Shown: one piece after another, positions 1 to 14,599 of the stretch
How positions within the stretch are numbered: the first letter of the stretch is position 1
Layout of the letters: the number at the start of each line of letters is the position of its first letter
DNA from: Trichoplax sp. H2
Lineage: Eukaryota
Assembly (NCBI GenBank): GCA_003344405.1
Contig: NOWV01000002.1
Coordinates: forward strand, 992,001 to 1,056,000
Direction: 5' to 3'
Length of the DNA stretch: 64,000 bases
Notes under the pieces: model-generated
What the model saw: only the letters and a program-made list of their open reading frames with translations
Told to the model about the DNA's origin: nothing
Databases searched by the model: none
Program-made: the position numbers and the translations under genes

Positions 1-486
1 AAATGGTAAGATATTTGCTTTTAAAGGCTGTCTATGTAAGCCATATTCATTTAAACAGAAATATCTGTAATAAATACTAACTGTAAGCAAGGACAAAAAT
101 TATTCTAATTCGATTTTGATAATTAAAAATTAATTATCAAGACTTCATTGTGCTCCATGACAATTGCACTTAGAGATTAAATTCGATCTACTTCTTAATA
201 CTATAATGAAGTATTCAGACTGCGTTGTTATAGTTTCATTCGTTGGAGAGCTTGAGAGTTTACCTTTGCTTTACTTTACGTTGGATGTAGGAATACCAAT
301 TTAGACAAATTTTGCAGTACGCTTGATTCACCTTTTTTTTCTAATCAAGAAATATTCATAAGACAAGATACGTAAGTTATAAGAGCTTTCAAATTAGCAA
401 TATTATGCAATTACATTCTTACAATATTTTATTTCTTAATTTGAATGTTTCTATTGGCGTGCGCAATTTCTGTTCTGTAATTTTAG

Positions 487-3400
487 AAACGAGAATGAAA
501 ATAGCTACGATACAGATTCCGTTCAAAATTCCGCTGGGGATGACACTTCTACTATTAGGTAAAATAGTAATTCATTTCTTGTGACTATTTTCACAAAAAT
601 TATTCATTCATGCAATGGATACAGTATATTCTGCAATACTTAATGAAAGAATTAGTATTACTCGAGCTTCAGGATTAAAAATTTTCGTAGATTGAAAGTA
701 TTTAGATCTATAACCTTACTACAGTGTAGGTATCCATATAGCAAAACACTAGTATCTTTCATGCGGCTGGCCTTGACCTAGCCACCCTATTTTATCTTGA
801 AAGATAGCTATTTTTAAACTATATCAATATTATTATAAACTATGCTTAATCGTTTCCCTATCACCAGTAATTACAACACATAAATGGATTTATGTTGATA
901 TTGACAGACAAAACTACTTAAAGGCAAAATTTCTTTTTCCACATGATACCGACGATATTGATATCGATTCAATATATAAAATTAACGTATTCCGAATACA
1001 TTTAGTTATAATTTCTTCAGCCCTACGTATAATCCTACTTACTTTATATCTGGGTGTAAATCTTTCAACTTTATCAGTTCACTTTGCTCAAGTTATTCTA
1101 TTATTAGCTAGCATGTCCAATAGTAGGGTGCTTTACGGTATATCATAGCTAGGAATTACTACCATACAATAGCTACTTCATTACTAATATTTCTTGTTTT
1201 TAGATCTGATCAATCGCCTAGATTGGGTAAAAACGATAAGCTAGTATATGTACAGGCCGAGCCGACGTCCAATTTGAGATTAATTAATGTGAATACTAAT
1301 ACAGAGGGACTTGAATATTGGAACAAAAAGAACTTAGAAAAGGAATTTCCATCGACAGAAAATTCCGATAGTCTTTATGATGACTACAAACTGACTGCAA
1401 GATATTTTAATAAACATATCTATGACCCTATTATATCCCCAAGGCAAGAGGAATCGCCTTACTGGAATCGTCAAGATTTAGTTCTGGCAATACAACGTAG
1501 CCAAGAGTAAGTTCAAAAATTGCGCGTCTGGTATTTAAATTTATCGTCAATAATATTTTATTCTGGTTTCTGTTTTCTTATATCATATTATGTCAATTTG
1601 ATAAATATTTATAGAGCAAATAGACTGGGAGTCAAGATTATTTCGCTGTTAAGTTCTTTATCCATCAACGATTTCACTCTTTCTTCATTAAAGGAATTGT
1701 GAGTATTACTTTCCGTTATCGTACCTTTAGAATTGTTATGTCAAATAGATTAAACGATAAATATAAAAAGGAGCATTTAAATCAAAATCAATATATTACC
1801 CTTATTGTTAATCACTAAAGATGTGCAGATATGCGAAAGAAAACCCTCGAAGTAGCCTACCCCGAGGTAAATAATACAGTTTGAATTAAAATCGAAACAT
1901 AGTGGAAATAAACTACTATATTTGAAAGTAAAATGGATTGACTTCCTCGCTGCCATTTGAAAGGCCCTTTCATAAAATTAAATCTAGTACATACTCTCTT
2001 ATAAAATTCTATCAAAGCCACTTTAGCCCATATCACGATATCTACCCAGCTTGCATGAAAGTGTTTAAGCGTATTTTTCTTGTTAACTATTACAGTACTA
2101 TATTTCTACTAGTTCCATATTTTGTTTAGTGAAAATTGCAAATTGTAGCCTACGAAAGTTACTCCTTTGACTATAATTGTAGTTATTCTATTTCGACCAT
2201 TTTTACATACCAGTCTGAGAAAAATAACCACATCTTAGAAATAATTGATAGAAATCTGATATTCTTGGTAATCGCTCTAAACAGGTGTATTCATTGCATA
2301 TCTTGCAATAATATAAGTTTAGCATTCATATGTACTTACTTGTTTACAGGTCATTTATTTCGATAAATTTGCAGACCTTCGAGATTATATGGTTAATTTT
2401 GATACGATTTGTAAATAAGTTCATTTAGTTACCTTTCAATTGAATAATAACGACTTAACTGGATCATACGCCAATTCATACGTAGAAGTTGCCTTATATC
2501 ACAGACACGAAAAATGATAATAATTATCTTACGTCATATTAAAGAACAATCGATCTATTCAATAGTTAAGTTATAAATGTCCTTTATATGATTTTATCCT
2601 ATTTTTTATCGTTGTATGCAAACATTTACAAGATTACTGCCACGATCAAGAAATTGGATGATATAAAAGCTGAATTATCCGAACCAGATTTCGGCGCAAA
2701 TGGATCTTTGCAGTCCATGTAAGCTAAGGATAATTAAAAATGATTTAGAAGCTTTGCTATTTGCATTTCTCCTAAATTGTAGTAACAGTTTACAGTATAA
2801 TAGTAGATTCGTGATTAATTTAATATAATTAGCAATAGATATAGTAAAGATATCGTAATACAGTAAATCGTCAATTGTAGTAATAATACTATAGTAGAAT
2901 GTATAAGATTGATATTTATACGGTACCGGTATATTTTAGTGAAAATTAGATTTTGATCGAATGCCAATATAACGGCTATTTACTTAATTTTAGATTAAAT
3001 TATGAAACCGAGCTGAAAATTCATCTCGAAAAATCTAAAGTTAAACATTATGAGGAAATTTGTGATTTAATCGAGGATAAGATAAACAACGGTGAGTTTC
3101 TCCTTTTTGTATACCACAAACAATGAACAAGTAATTATCGATTTATATAGGTAATAATTTTCTATGCTAATATTCATCTATATGTATCTGATGTTAGTTG
3201 AAGAACCAAAGGCAATTTTGTTCTACGAATCGGATGTAATAAAAGCCTGGGAAGACTTACACAGTCGTGAAAAGAGATTTTTAAGCGACCAATCCGTAAA
3301 AGCTTGTCCTGAATTACCGGAAGTAATTGTAAGTATGATTTACGTATACTTTGTAATTAACTAGAAGAAATTTACCCTCTTAACATTGGGTTTTAATAGA

Positions 3401-6400
3401 TATATCCTAGAATTATAGATATAACTTCCCTTAACTGAATTTCAAAAAAAATACGTTGCACTTTAATTTAAATAGCAGATTGCTGTAGAACTGTATATCA
3501 AGTATAATTAGTCCAAGCTAATAAGAAACAATCTATCAACTACTTTAAAGTTTGCGTTATATATCACGCAAGCATGCAAACCAAAACCAAGTATCAAATG
3601 AGAGATCATTTTTAATACATGAGCGAAAAATTCTTCTTTATCTAAATATATTTGTGAATCTAGAAAACTACACTTTCAATGTTAAGATAATTGCAAAATC
3701 GAGTAATGGTAACTCAATGGATCATGCCATATTCATCATAATTTCGTTCCAGAGCGTTCCATCTAACATAACGGTTAACTTGGTAGATAAACTAATAACT
3801 GATGTTTTCGTTAATAGTGTAACTATCTTTACTGAAATTTAGAGAAAGCCTTACTTTTGGGGGAATATACAAGAAAATGAAGTGGCAGAGTTGGGTAGAT
3901 TAAATGATGGCAAGTACCTTATAAAATGGTCTGACACAGCACAAGGAAAGAAACAAAATGAATACGTAACAAACTTACGTTTATATCTAACTCCTGGAAG
4001 AATATCTACGTTTACGAAATTTGTTATTTATGGCAACGAGACAAAGGTACTACTGTATTGGCAATCTGAGATATTTGTCGATTTTTAAGGTTTTTTAATT
4101 TCAAACTGCGAGAATCTTGTAAAGTAATATTATTGTTGACAGAAAGCTGAAGTAGGTATGACTTGAGTCGAACCTATACAGGCGATCGCATATAAATATT
4201 ATTTATCGAAATTTTTGAATAATAAAACGAAATAATAGATAATCCTAAATAAAGTATATTCTTAAGTAAATTTATAAATTGTTTTAAATGCTACTAAAAT
4301 TGTCTTTCTACAATAGGGCTATTGGATCGTAAAGAAACCGACAACATACTTCCCTACCGTCCAAGAACTGATTGAACATTATTCTAAAGGTGGAGGGACG
4401 CTAACGGAAAAAAATTTGTCCCTAATATCACCGATCGATAATTACCATCGTGCAGTGTGCGAACACTACTGTCTTACAAAAAAATCTGGCTATTTTATTA
4501 GAGAAGGGCTATATCGTAAAGAAAAGGAACAAACTCACGTAGCTGTTACTGAAGTTACAAAACACAGCTCTGAAGACTTGATGAGTGAATTTCGTGCTAT
4601 TCGATTAAACACTCGTCAAGATAACCTTATACAAGTGCTAGATATCTTGGTAACTGATTACCAATTTAAGATTATCAGTGAATTTAAGAAAGGCATCAAG
4701 CTCTCAGAATATTTAAGGGAACAGAAAGGTTGGTATTTAGTGTTATTTTAATCCCATTTAAAATTAAGCCTACACAAAATAGATATATCACGATAGCGAA
4801 AGTTGACAATATTTCTTATAGTTTACATTAATTTGCTTTCTTGAATACTTTTTTACTCCTTTAATCAGTAAATAAGTAAATATGGTCATTTATTAGATTT
4901 AACATAAATGTATGTCCGTGTGAAAGCAATGAATTTTAGAACCAGATAATTTTGTTATTAACTCCCACCGCCATTATTTGGTCATCATTATAGATCAACT
5001 AGGTAATTTAGAATTGCTGGACATAAGCAAGCAGGTCGCCAATGGTCTAGCTCACTTGCACGAATTGAAATGTATTCATGGTCGATTGAAGGCTAGAAGT
5101 TGCCTGTTTAACATAGATACCAAGCTAGTTAAAATCACTGGCTTCGGAACCTATAAATGTGAGTACTAAAATGAGCACTTTACAATAATTGATGGAGAAA
5201 TAAACGGATTCACTTATAGGTGGAACACACGATCTGTTCTAAAATCTGCTAAATGTCAAACGGGAATGATTTATTAAGGAGCTTTCGATCAAGCAAAATT
5301 ACTCCTATTGCAGCATATACTTTTGATAACAGCAAATAATAAGTCTATTATTACAAGAGAAGAGCATCGATTTACAATTAAATACTATTTAGTTGATTAA
5401 ATTATGCAGCTATTGACAATAATCGGATTGCAAAAGATCACAGACAAAGACTCCTACATATTATTCGGGGTTAGAGTGCTGCATTATCTAATAATGCAAC
5501 AAATTTTATGTTACTATGGCGCTATAAAATTGATAGCAGGGTATTAAATTAAACTGTCTAGAATATTAAATTGACCATAAAAATTATCAAACAAGTTGAT
5601 TTACAATGTTTTAGATTCCAGATAGAGCAGGTTCAGTAGGTGATATAAGTCATAGCAAAGCTTTGTCTTTAGTAATTGGTAATATCTCAAGTTTAAAATA
5701 ATCAAAATAACGCGCACAGGTTAAAGTATGAAAGAGAATAAATATTAAGCGTAGCCTAAAAGAAACTAGTAGCCACTTATGTCTTACCAACAGTGCTACC
5801 GGCTAGTGCTAACAACTATTTCTGTTGAACTACAGTCCATATCCATGACATAGCGTAAGTAATTGTCTATTATAGTCTACCGATAGCGGAAATCTGTATG
5901 AGAAGTTCAGTAATTCATGGAAGCTAGAATCTGTATGTATTAAGCTACGATAAACATCGAGATATCAATAGAAGGACTTATTTCACCTGGATTAGACAGA
6001 TAGTGAGGAAGTTATGAGAAAAATTTATTAATACATGGAAGCAAGTAGCAAGTTAGACCTCTATAAACTTCTGCAGTAAAGCTGCGATACTTAAATTCTT
6101 TCCATTAACTTCATTAGAAGATATGATAGACTCCTTAATGTTTGTAATAATACAACTATTTTATCCTTCGTCCTAACTTTTAATATTATCTATTTTGCCG
6201 TTAGTATCCAATAAAAACTTTACCTTCTGTAATCGCAATTTGCAATGCACTTGTCGCACTATATTTCTCTAAGACAAACAAATCCGCATAGAGTTGTGAG
6301 ACTAACGTCTCGACATCACAGTGTTTGTCACTTTAACCTCACTCGCTCTGACCAATACATACTTGTGGAAATTGGATAAAATTGTTAAAAACTACATAAG

Positions 6401-6829
6401 TTTGATTACGCGAATTATCACCATCAAATTCCGATTCTTAATTATTTTCTGTTTAATGTAGTCATGCCTAAAAATGAGCTAGAATCCATTAAGGAACTTC
6501 GATGGATATCGCCCGAAGTTTTATTAGATAATGAATTCTCAATAGAATCCGATCGATGGAGCTTTGGTATAACCTGGTGGGAAATATTTAACTTTGGCAC
6601 GTTACCCTATTACCACTATAAAGACGATACACAAAAAATTCAACGAGAGATAGCAGCGAAAAAATTCCCTGAAAGGACTGACAGGATGAACAAAAATTAT
6701 TATGAATTCGTACAGTTATGTTGCGATAAACATAAAGAGAATCGAATAACTATTCAAGCTATTGTCAATAGCTTGCAAAATTGTGATCCAGATGCTCCAA
6801 ATTTTGCAATTACTCAATTCAAGTTTTAA
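487..6829 (+). CDS. SH2-domain tyrosine pseudokinase (helical region + SH2 + TK fold, Fes/Fer-like layout); 5' end unresolved
   Basis: Spliced GT-AG exons at about 487-558, 1204-1506, 1821-1866, 2633-2718, 2994-3091, 3199-3328, 3843-4046, 4317-4728, 4994-5158 and 6462-6829. SH2: KPYFWGNI..GKYLIKWS..FPTVQELIEHYS. Kinase: HVAVT, IHGRLKARSCL, VKITGFG, RWISPE, SDRWSFGITWWEIFNFGTLPY. Upstream exon set is less certain. Confidence 0.85.
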
Positions 6830-7458
6830 TTGGATATTTCTGATTATTTTGTTAGAATCATTACAGTATTTGAATTTCTGTTTACATGCCTTACAACGCT
6901 CAAAGCAAACGTCTGGTAATCGTCAATTCAATGCAAAATGATAGGGACACGATTTTGCTCTATACATTTACTTGTCTAGATACTAGTCTGTTAGTATATG
7001 CCGTGCGTTAAAGCGTTGGCAGACTTTGTTTTTAAAGCAATTAGCATAGTTACAGGCTTAAAATCCTTTAGTGTCATTTGTACTATCACATCGAAAATCT
7101 ATGTAGTTTATGCTTCATTCTGTAGATCTTTAATTGTAATTAATATTCTCTCTTAGAATTGTTACTAATTCATTGGCTATATCTAGCTAGCTACTGTAAT
7201 TATCCTTCTAGAAAGGAGGAGTTTATTTGAATAGACATTATAACTGGCCATAGTTAAATATTCGGTACTGAAGTAAGACTCAAGGATATCGCTACCAAAT
7301 TGATTGATCACGCCTAGACTACAATCTGAACATTTACAGTTATAGACTTTCCAGAGTGATTAATTAGCAGTCAGTTATTGTAACAACGAGTACATATAAC
7401 TACCGCACAATTGTCGAATTTATTAATAACTAACTAGCTTGGCCCTGCATGCCTCACC

Positions 7459-10400
7459 GTAGATAACATACTAGATATAGACTTTTGATTTTTACTTGAT
7501 AGATGAGAAACATCTAACACAAATGTAAAACCTTTTTGGTGTCACTTTTAGATTCTCTCTTAAAATTTATTCAAAAGATAGCATGATATAACTTTAACCA
7601 ACAATTGAACATTAAAAGGATTAGCATCGATATTTTCTATCACCCATTAAACGGAACTATTAATAAAAGGGCTGGTATGCGTACTTGAAAATGTAGGTAG
7701 TCATTTTATAAAACCTTTTAGAAATCAACTGTACAAAAATTACTTTAACAGAAATAACTCTTTTTATATTAATGATAATTAACTACCTGTACTGCATAAC
7801 ATAGATTTCTGAAAGCCAATGAATGTCTAGAGCTAGAGCAGATTGACTAAACGTTTGCTAAACACGATGACGACAATAGGCTTAAAGCGTCTAGTTTTTA
7901 GCAAAAGTAGATCAAAAATGCATATGTAGTGATCATTAATTTGTAGATTATACTATCGCTATTCAAAATTTAATGTGCAGCTCTAGCTGATAGCAAATTT
8001 AATGGGCTATCTATTGCGAGGTTGATAATTATAGGCTACAGCAGTAATTGCCTACCTACAATCGTTTAAAATCCAAGGAAAGAAATTATCCTTTCTATGA
8101 GTAACTACTTGATAGGTTACGGGATAGCCTTCTTGGTAGTAAGTCTAATAACCAACCTATTCCAAAGACTGTCAAGATAAGTCGAAAGCAGTCACTACAT
8201 ATAATTTTTAAAAAGGCAGGCAAAAATGTTATTCTTACAATCATTATTCATTAGTATTAACCAATAAGCCTATCCCATAAATAACTATATTCGATTACTT
8301 AATCTTATGTATACTATAGAATTCATAGCTTATTTTTATTAGAATCATTTACAGTAATATATTTATGGAATAGTAAGTAATCTATTCAAAATTTTGCTAC
8401 ATCACCAGTTAGAATAGCGCTTTCCTGGTATAATTTACTCCAATTGATGTAAGAATGATTAGCTCTATTAGTTCTTTGATGTTCGTAACATCATCGTTAT
8501 GATACTGTATAGTAAATCTTCCATTTCTACTAATAAAGTTAAGAAATTAACAGGGACTATTTGCTCTAGACGCCATCAGAGCTTTTTGATTATTCTTATC
8601 CGATTCATTTTGTAATTAATTATAGGGTAAACTTGGGTAGATCTATTACATCATATAAAGAATGTTTGTGAATGCTTGTCTTCTGTTAATATAAACTGTA
8701 ATTTGATTTATAATATTATTTTTCGGAGAATTCTTAAAATTCATAGCATTATTACTCATATGTGTGTAGAGTACTTTTTGGATACATTTATTTCACCTAT
8801 TTTTTACTTGGTGTTTTACCCAGAGGATTATTCAGACGAGGTATCAGCCCAGTAGTAATTGCTATTATCTATATACTAGGCATTTAATTTATGTTAGTTA
8901 CTATACTTTCAGTATCTTAAATGTATACATATAAATTTATGTATTTCTTACGAAGTTTGAAAGTGATTTCAAATTAAAAGTACTAATGGTTAGTTGATGC
9001 AAATAACATGATATAGGTAAATAGTATTTAATTTATTATAACAATCACTCGAAAGGAAAGCACGAATTTAGTAAATGCGTTTAAACATCCAATTCTCTGT
9101 GTATCTTGTAGTTCTTATTTTGTATACTGAAGTATTACTATAATGGAAACGAGTTTAGATTCAGATAAACCTAAACTAAATATGCAATAAACACTACAAC
9201 TGCAATGCAATTATAACATTTGTTAAATTTCTTTCTATTCACTGCTTATTTAGAATATTCTTACAACAACCACCGCTGTACCAGGTATTTAAGGCAGAAA
9301 GAAATTATAACCATTTCCTGTCATATACTATAGCATAATGACCATGATTGATGTTTCCATAGCTACATGTTATTTGATAATTTTGAAATAATATTCCAAG
9401 TAAATACATATTACAACCTTCATGAGTGTATAACCTGGCGTAATTTACAGTTTTAGATATACTTCGTATCTTCGTTGCTCCTCTATTCCTTAATATTTTT
9501 TATTTAATCTGCAATAAGAAAAATGCGATATTTTAGCATAAGTATCTACTTATTATCTATTGCAATTAAATAGATGTTATTTATATTTATGCACTACTGA
9601 AGCAGGTGTGTAATAGTGGCAAAACTTTATCAAGGTCGTACATTATTCGAAGGTAGAATAACAATCCATTAATACTACTTATCATTATAGTATATTTAAA
9701 TCAAGACTAAATAGCTGATCTACAATTTTCCGCAATCCCTACGGTGCCGAAAGAATTGATGAGTAAAGCACTAAATATTTTTTCAATGGGGTCAAGACAC
9801 TATTTAGTCCGCTAATTGCTTGCAAATAGTGGTAATTTACTTTATAAGATTATTGAATAAGTTGATCCTTGTGCAAAATCTTTTGTGGAGTATCGCCTAC
9901 CCAATCGTAAATACATGTATTTACTATTCAATTTCATGCTTATCGAATAGTATATCGATATTATTAGTTATTCAATTACATAATGCTACATATGGTTTCA
10001 TATGGTTGCATTCTGTACCTTATTTATCCATCATGATAATTACATAATCGAATTTTAAAATAAGAATTCTCAGATTACTGTTAGGGTACAGGAAAGATAT
10101 CTATCTTCGAACATAAGAATACGATTTAATTTGATATCAGAGTTAAAACCACGCACATAAGTTATTTCTTAATATCATGGTATGATAAACTTTCCATTCA
10201 GCGCGTACTTATTACTGCCTCCTTCATCATAACATCATAGTTATTCTAATTACATTTAATATTATCAATTATAATTACGTCTATCGTAAAATATGTAATA
10301 AAATTATACTTTTTATTATAGATTAGAATCAGTCAGCCAACCGTTGATTCATCATTTTTGTGGTTATGTATGGTAATATGATGCCTGAGTTTAAATGCTC

Positions 10401-12250
10401 ACAGAAGTTATTATCTTAATATCCTAATATAAACTTTTCATTCAACGGATGATTATTGCTACTTCTGTCATCATAGCATGACAGTTATTGTAACTGCAAT
10501 TAACGTAATCAATAGTGTTAATCACCTCCATCAAAAAATATTCTCTTTACCGTATATTAGAATCAGTCGGCCAACTGTTGATTGTCTACATGGTTAAAAT
10601 ATCCTATTTATTTAATGTAGAATTACGGTTGAATACTGCTTGTATCATCAAATTGTTGGTTTCTTCTGCTGCAGAATTAATGCAATCCGCTGTGTTGTGC
10701 AATAATGTTTTTTCGATGACATTGTTAACGTACTGTAGCATAAGATAAAAGGAGCTTTTTCGGTGAATACTTTTATGATTTAAATTCGGCTCCTTATTTA
10801 CAATATTTGATGATATCGGTGTACGTGAGTGTTTGCGAGTGCAATTAAACATATTGTTTAACTGCTTATTTAATTCCAAATTGTAGGCTATAGATTATAA
10901 CGTATACACAAGATGCCATCAGATTATACCGTGGCATAGGAAGAGACTATAATTAACGTTAATAATCTGGTGCTACGTTTCTTGCTATAACGTATAATAG
11001 TACACCTGTTGATTCTAAGTTTTATTGCAAATTATAGGCTGCAAACTATACGCAAAATACCATCGGATTATATTGTATAATTTACGCATATACCATGATA
11101 TAAAAAGAGACTAAATATAGCTAATGTTAGCAAGTTGATAATGTAAGCTTGCTATTCTCTTCCAATTCTCGTAAGCTATGTGTAATTTTATACGTATGAT
11201 CAATATCATTCAATATTTTTTCTTAAAAATCTAAAGCTTAGAGATTGATATATTGACAAAGAGCTAAATCTCAATGGATGAGGTAATAGCAGTGAGTATC
11301 TGACTGTCGTGAACACGATACTTTCAGAGGAAGATATCACCTTGCATTCATATAGAAAAGATATAATCAACTATTGATGCTATTAGTGAAGGCAAATACC
11401 TAAATTAGTCATTGCCGGAGATTTGCAATCATTGGTTGATGAGAAATTAGTTGAACAATCTTTAAGGATTATACCGTAGAGTAGTAAACAGCCTTAATAA
11501 TCTTTCAAGCAAATTAATCAACAGCACCCTGCTGCTTGTTACCTAGTTCAATCTTATTTTCGAAAACCTCAAATATTGAGCTATTAATGCCATTAATAAA
11601 GACTAAATACCTATTTCTGGTTTGCAAAATTAACAATAAATAAATACTAACTGTAGAAAAGGGTTTTCTACAAATATTCATAGCTTAAGCTAATTTGAGC
11701 GGCCATACATACCGATGACTACCTTAATAGTATCCTGGCACTTATTATTCTAATTCTGTGTTGTAACCCTAAATTTCGGACATACAATCACTAATTCTGA
11801 TATGCCTTGAGATCAAATGCAATTTACAGAAGGCTCTCGATTAGTATCTGAGGAATATTCGTGAGTATAGAAGATTATGAGATAGCTCCTATTCTCGATA
11901 GGCTCAATTAGCAGAAACAATAGTACTGTAACTATTCAGCTGAAATATTAATCTAGACTTTAGATTCTAGGTTGGATTTGCTGATATGCTTAAGACTAAC
12001 CTAACTCTAAATTCGCCAGTTATATGGTAGATCGGTATTATTCTTAGCTATAATATAAATAAGAAGAACCCATTGCTTCGTATCTATCAAGATAAAGCAT
12101 GGAGAAAGACTTTAAAGGCTATTATCGATTTCTTTTACATACTCAAAATTACTCTAGCTCTAAATTTGCTGACCAGGTTGTGAGATTCTTCACGATAATA
12201 TAACACATACTGTCAGCATTAATAGAATCATTAACGAATAATTGTTTATG
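7459..12250 (-). pseudogene. Possible decayed polycystin-1-like (REJ-GAIN-GPS) gene remnant
   Basis: Minus-strand exon-like pieces with splice signals and many stops, in the expected order: NREPSVNC..FRVTTQN* (~11845-11750, REJ-like); 91-aa ORF 10879-10604; NFISRNG..VTNIKELIELII (~8540-8454, GAIN-like); FNVQLLVKVISCYLLNK..K*HQKGF (~7615-7528, GPS-like). Motif resemblance by eye only. Confidence 0.35.
10140..10590. repeat. Diverged tandem duplication, period about 240 bp, 2 copies
   Basis: aagttatt..cttaatatc..ataaacttt.cattca and ttagaatcagtc.gccaac.gttgatt each occur twice (latter at ~10323 and ~10557). Confidence 0.8.
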
Positions 12251-13639
12251 ATAATATCATTAATTTTTAAACCACTCCCATTAGTTTGTTTACTTATGAT
12301 ATTAAGTATTTTTTGATTGAATGTGAGCAGTAAAACTAATTTAAGCTATTGCCGCTGAATATTAATGGTCGGTAATATATTTGAAGTTCTCGATAAGAAT
12401 GACTAAACATAATCTTTAGTCGAAACTAAGGGTCGGTATGGTAATCAAAGTCTCTCTTAACATCTGTACTACTTGGTCAACAAAGTAAATTTAAATTTAG
12501 TATACAGATAAATAGAGACAAATAAATAAGATATGATTACGTGATCCATAAGGTCTAATCAAATATTCTGTAGATCAAACTGGTTTAGTCGTGTTTATAT
12601 GTTCGATTATGAAGCCTATCATTATTTTTTCTAAATAATATAAGAAATATAAGAAAAACAGTCTATTGCCGCTATGGATTTCTTGCAAAGTAACGGCTCA
12701 TGTCCTTCCATACTTTAGGAAAGAATCTCTAGCAAGTTTTGAAGCATATATATTACAGCAAATGATAAGACTTCGCTCATAAGTGAATTATTCTTTCCTT
12801 TATAATATTTTTAGCTTCATTTCCTTCATAGTTCGCAATAAAACTAATTCCCTGTAGCTGGTTTCTATTAAAAGACACGAAATAAATTTTCACCTGTAGC
12901 TGAGTTTTTTATCCATTGCGCTATTTCGATAACCCTAAATCATGATTAAAAACCTACATTTATACAGCATAGAAAAAATGGTCGAGAGAATTAATGCATA
13001 AAGTTGTATGTATACAACATCATGTATCATGATGAAGGTTATTGACTGGAAACTACATCGTGGTACATATGCATTCTGCAAATATTAATATGAAATAATG
13101 TTTGTGATGATGAATGCAAAGAAATTACAACTTGCTTATAATTTTATAGTATGCTTATATTTATTTAATTTTTATAAAACAGGAACGTGCTGACTGCAAT
13201 CTGTTGACTTGCTCCTAATAGTAATGCATCTTAATAGAATATTTCGATCTCATTGCTGGTAGAGCAAAGTTTTCTATTGTATGCTAAAGTACTCGGTCTA
13301 TCATTAGTATTGTCTCTTAAGTAATTTTAATCCATTAATAAAAGATATATTACTCAATTGCTTGAACGATGTAAGACTCCAATCCAACAATAAACGTATT
13401 TCATCATGGTAACAGATTATGTTGACATTGAATTGTTATCCCTATATCACTCATGTCCGGAAATTAATCCATAACGGTCATAATATGAATGTTCTACAAT
13501 AAAATAGCAGACACTATTGAAAAAATCTGCATGCGAATAACATTGTTCAGAATTCTTAACTATAGATATCTTATGATATGTACACTGTACAGTATGCAAT
13601 GTCTGGAACCGCAATATTTCCGAAAATTGTTGTGCCTTA

Positions 13640-14402
13640 AATATCGACATGACCTAAGGCTCGTATATCCTTATCTAGACTATATTTTAACCATCACGAA
13701 CGATAGTCAGAATACAGTGCAAGAATTTGCATAATTAGATTATTTCTGCCTGTTAATGGCTAGATAATAATCATCTTTAAGATATATGGATGCATACAAC
13801 TTTTCAAACCAGATCAGTTCATCATTAATTATTTCAAGAAGAAATTGAAATCAGACTCGTCGTCGAATATCCATAGTATGATATCATTGCAGAAATAAAC
13901 ATGAACGACAGTTAATTGACGTAAAGCCATGGATGATCCTCTTATTAAACTACCTCTAATAACTTATTTCATGGGATTAAATACCGGAAATTCTTGCGTA
14001 GATAATAATTCTAATGATCGACGTGACCTTAGGTGTATGCACGCGTATAACCTAATCTGGGCCATATTTCAACCATCGCAAATAGTAGTCAGAATTATAG
14101 CACAAGAATTTGTACAATCATGTTATTGCAGCTTGTTAATGGCAATATGGTAATTGTTTTTAAGATGAGTGAATGTGCAAAACAGCTCAAATCAGATCAT
14201 TTCATTATTGACTGTTTCCGTAGGGCTATAGGTTCAGAATGGACGTAAAGAAATTGAAATTAGATTCGTCGTCAAATATCTGTAGCGTGATATTGATACA
14301 GAAATGAATATGAAGGACATTTACATAAAACAAGGTCACGGATTATCCTCTTATTAAATTACCTTCAATCACTTATTTTATACCATTAAATACCAGAAAT
14401 TT
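13640..14402. repeat. Diverged tandem duplication, period about 375-410 bp, 2 copies
   Basis: agaaattgaaat.aga.tcgtcgtc.aatatc at ~13840 and ~14249; ttatcctcttattaaa/atgatcctcttattaaa and attaaatacc.gaaatt are also repeated. Confidence 0.85.
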
Positions 14403-14599
14403 TTGACTTGGAAAACAGTTATAAAGGGTTAATAGAATAGCAGAATGGTAATTTACACCTCTTTTTATCGTAGTTTGGTCATAAATAGGCGTCAATTACC
14501 AACTGGATCATGATGTGCAATTGTCCTATTAGCTTTTCCTGTAGAAACTCAAGAGAAATAGGCATGAATGTTAGCTCAGCTCAATTATTAATTAATCGC

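Noticed and set aside
5613..5855. Candidate micro-exons in the kinase intron
   Set aside because: Direct splicing 5158-6462 is already in frame, and including both pieces breaks the frame. They cannot be supported without RNA data.
487..6829. JAK assignment for the SH2-pseudokinase
   Set aside because: No second active kinase domain follows the stop at 6829, and no FERM motifs were recognised.
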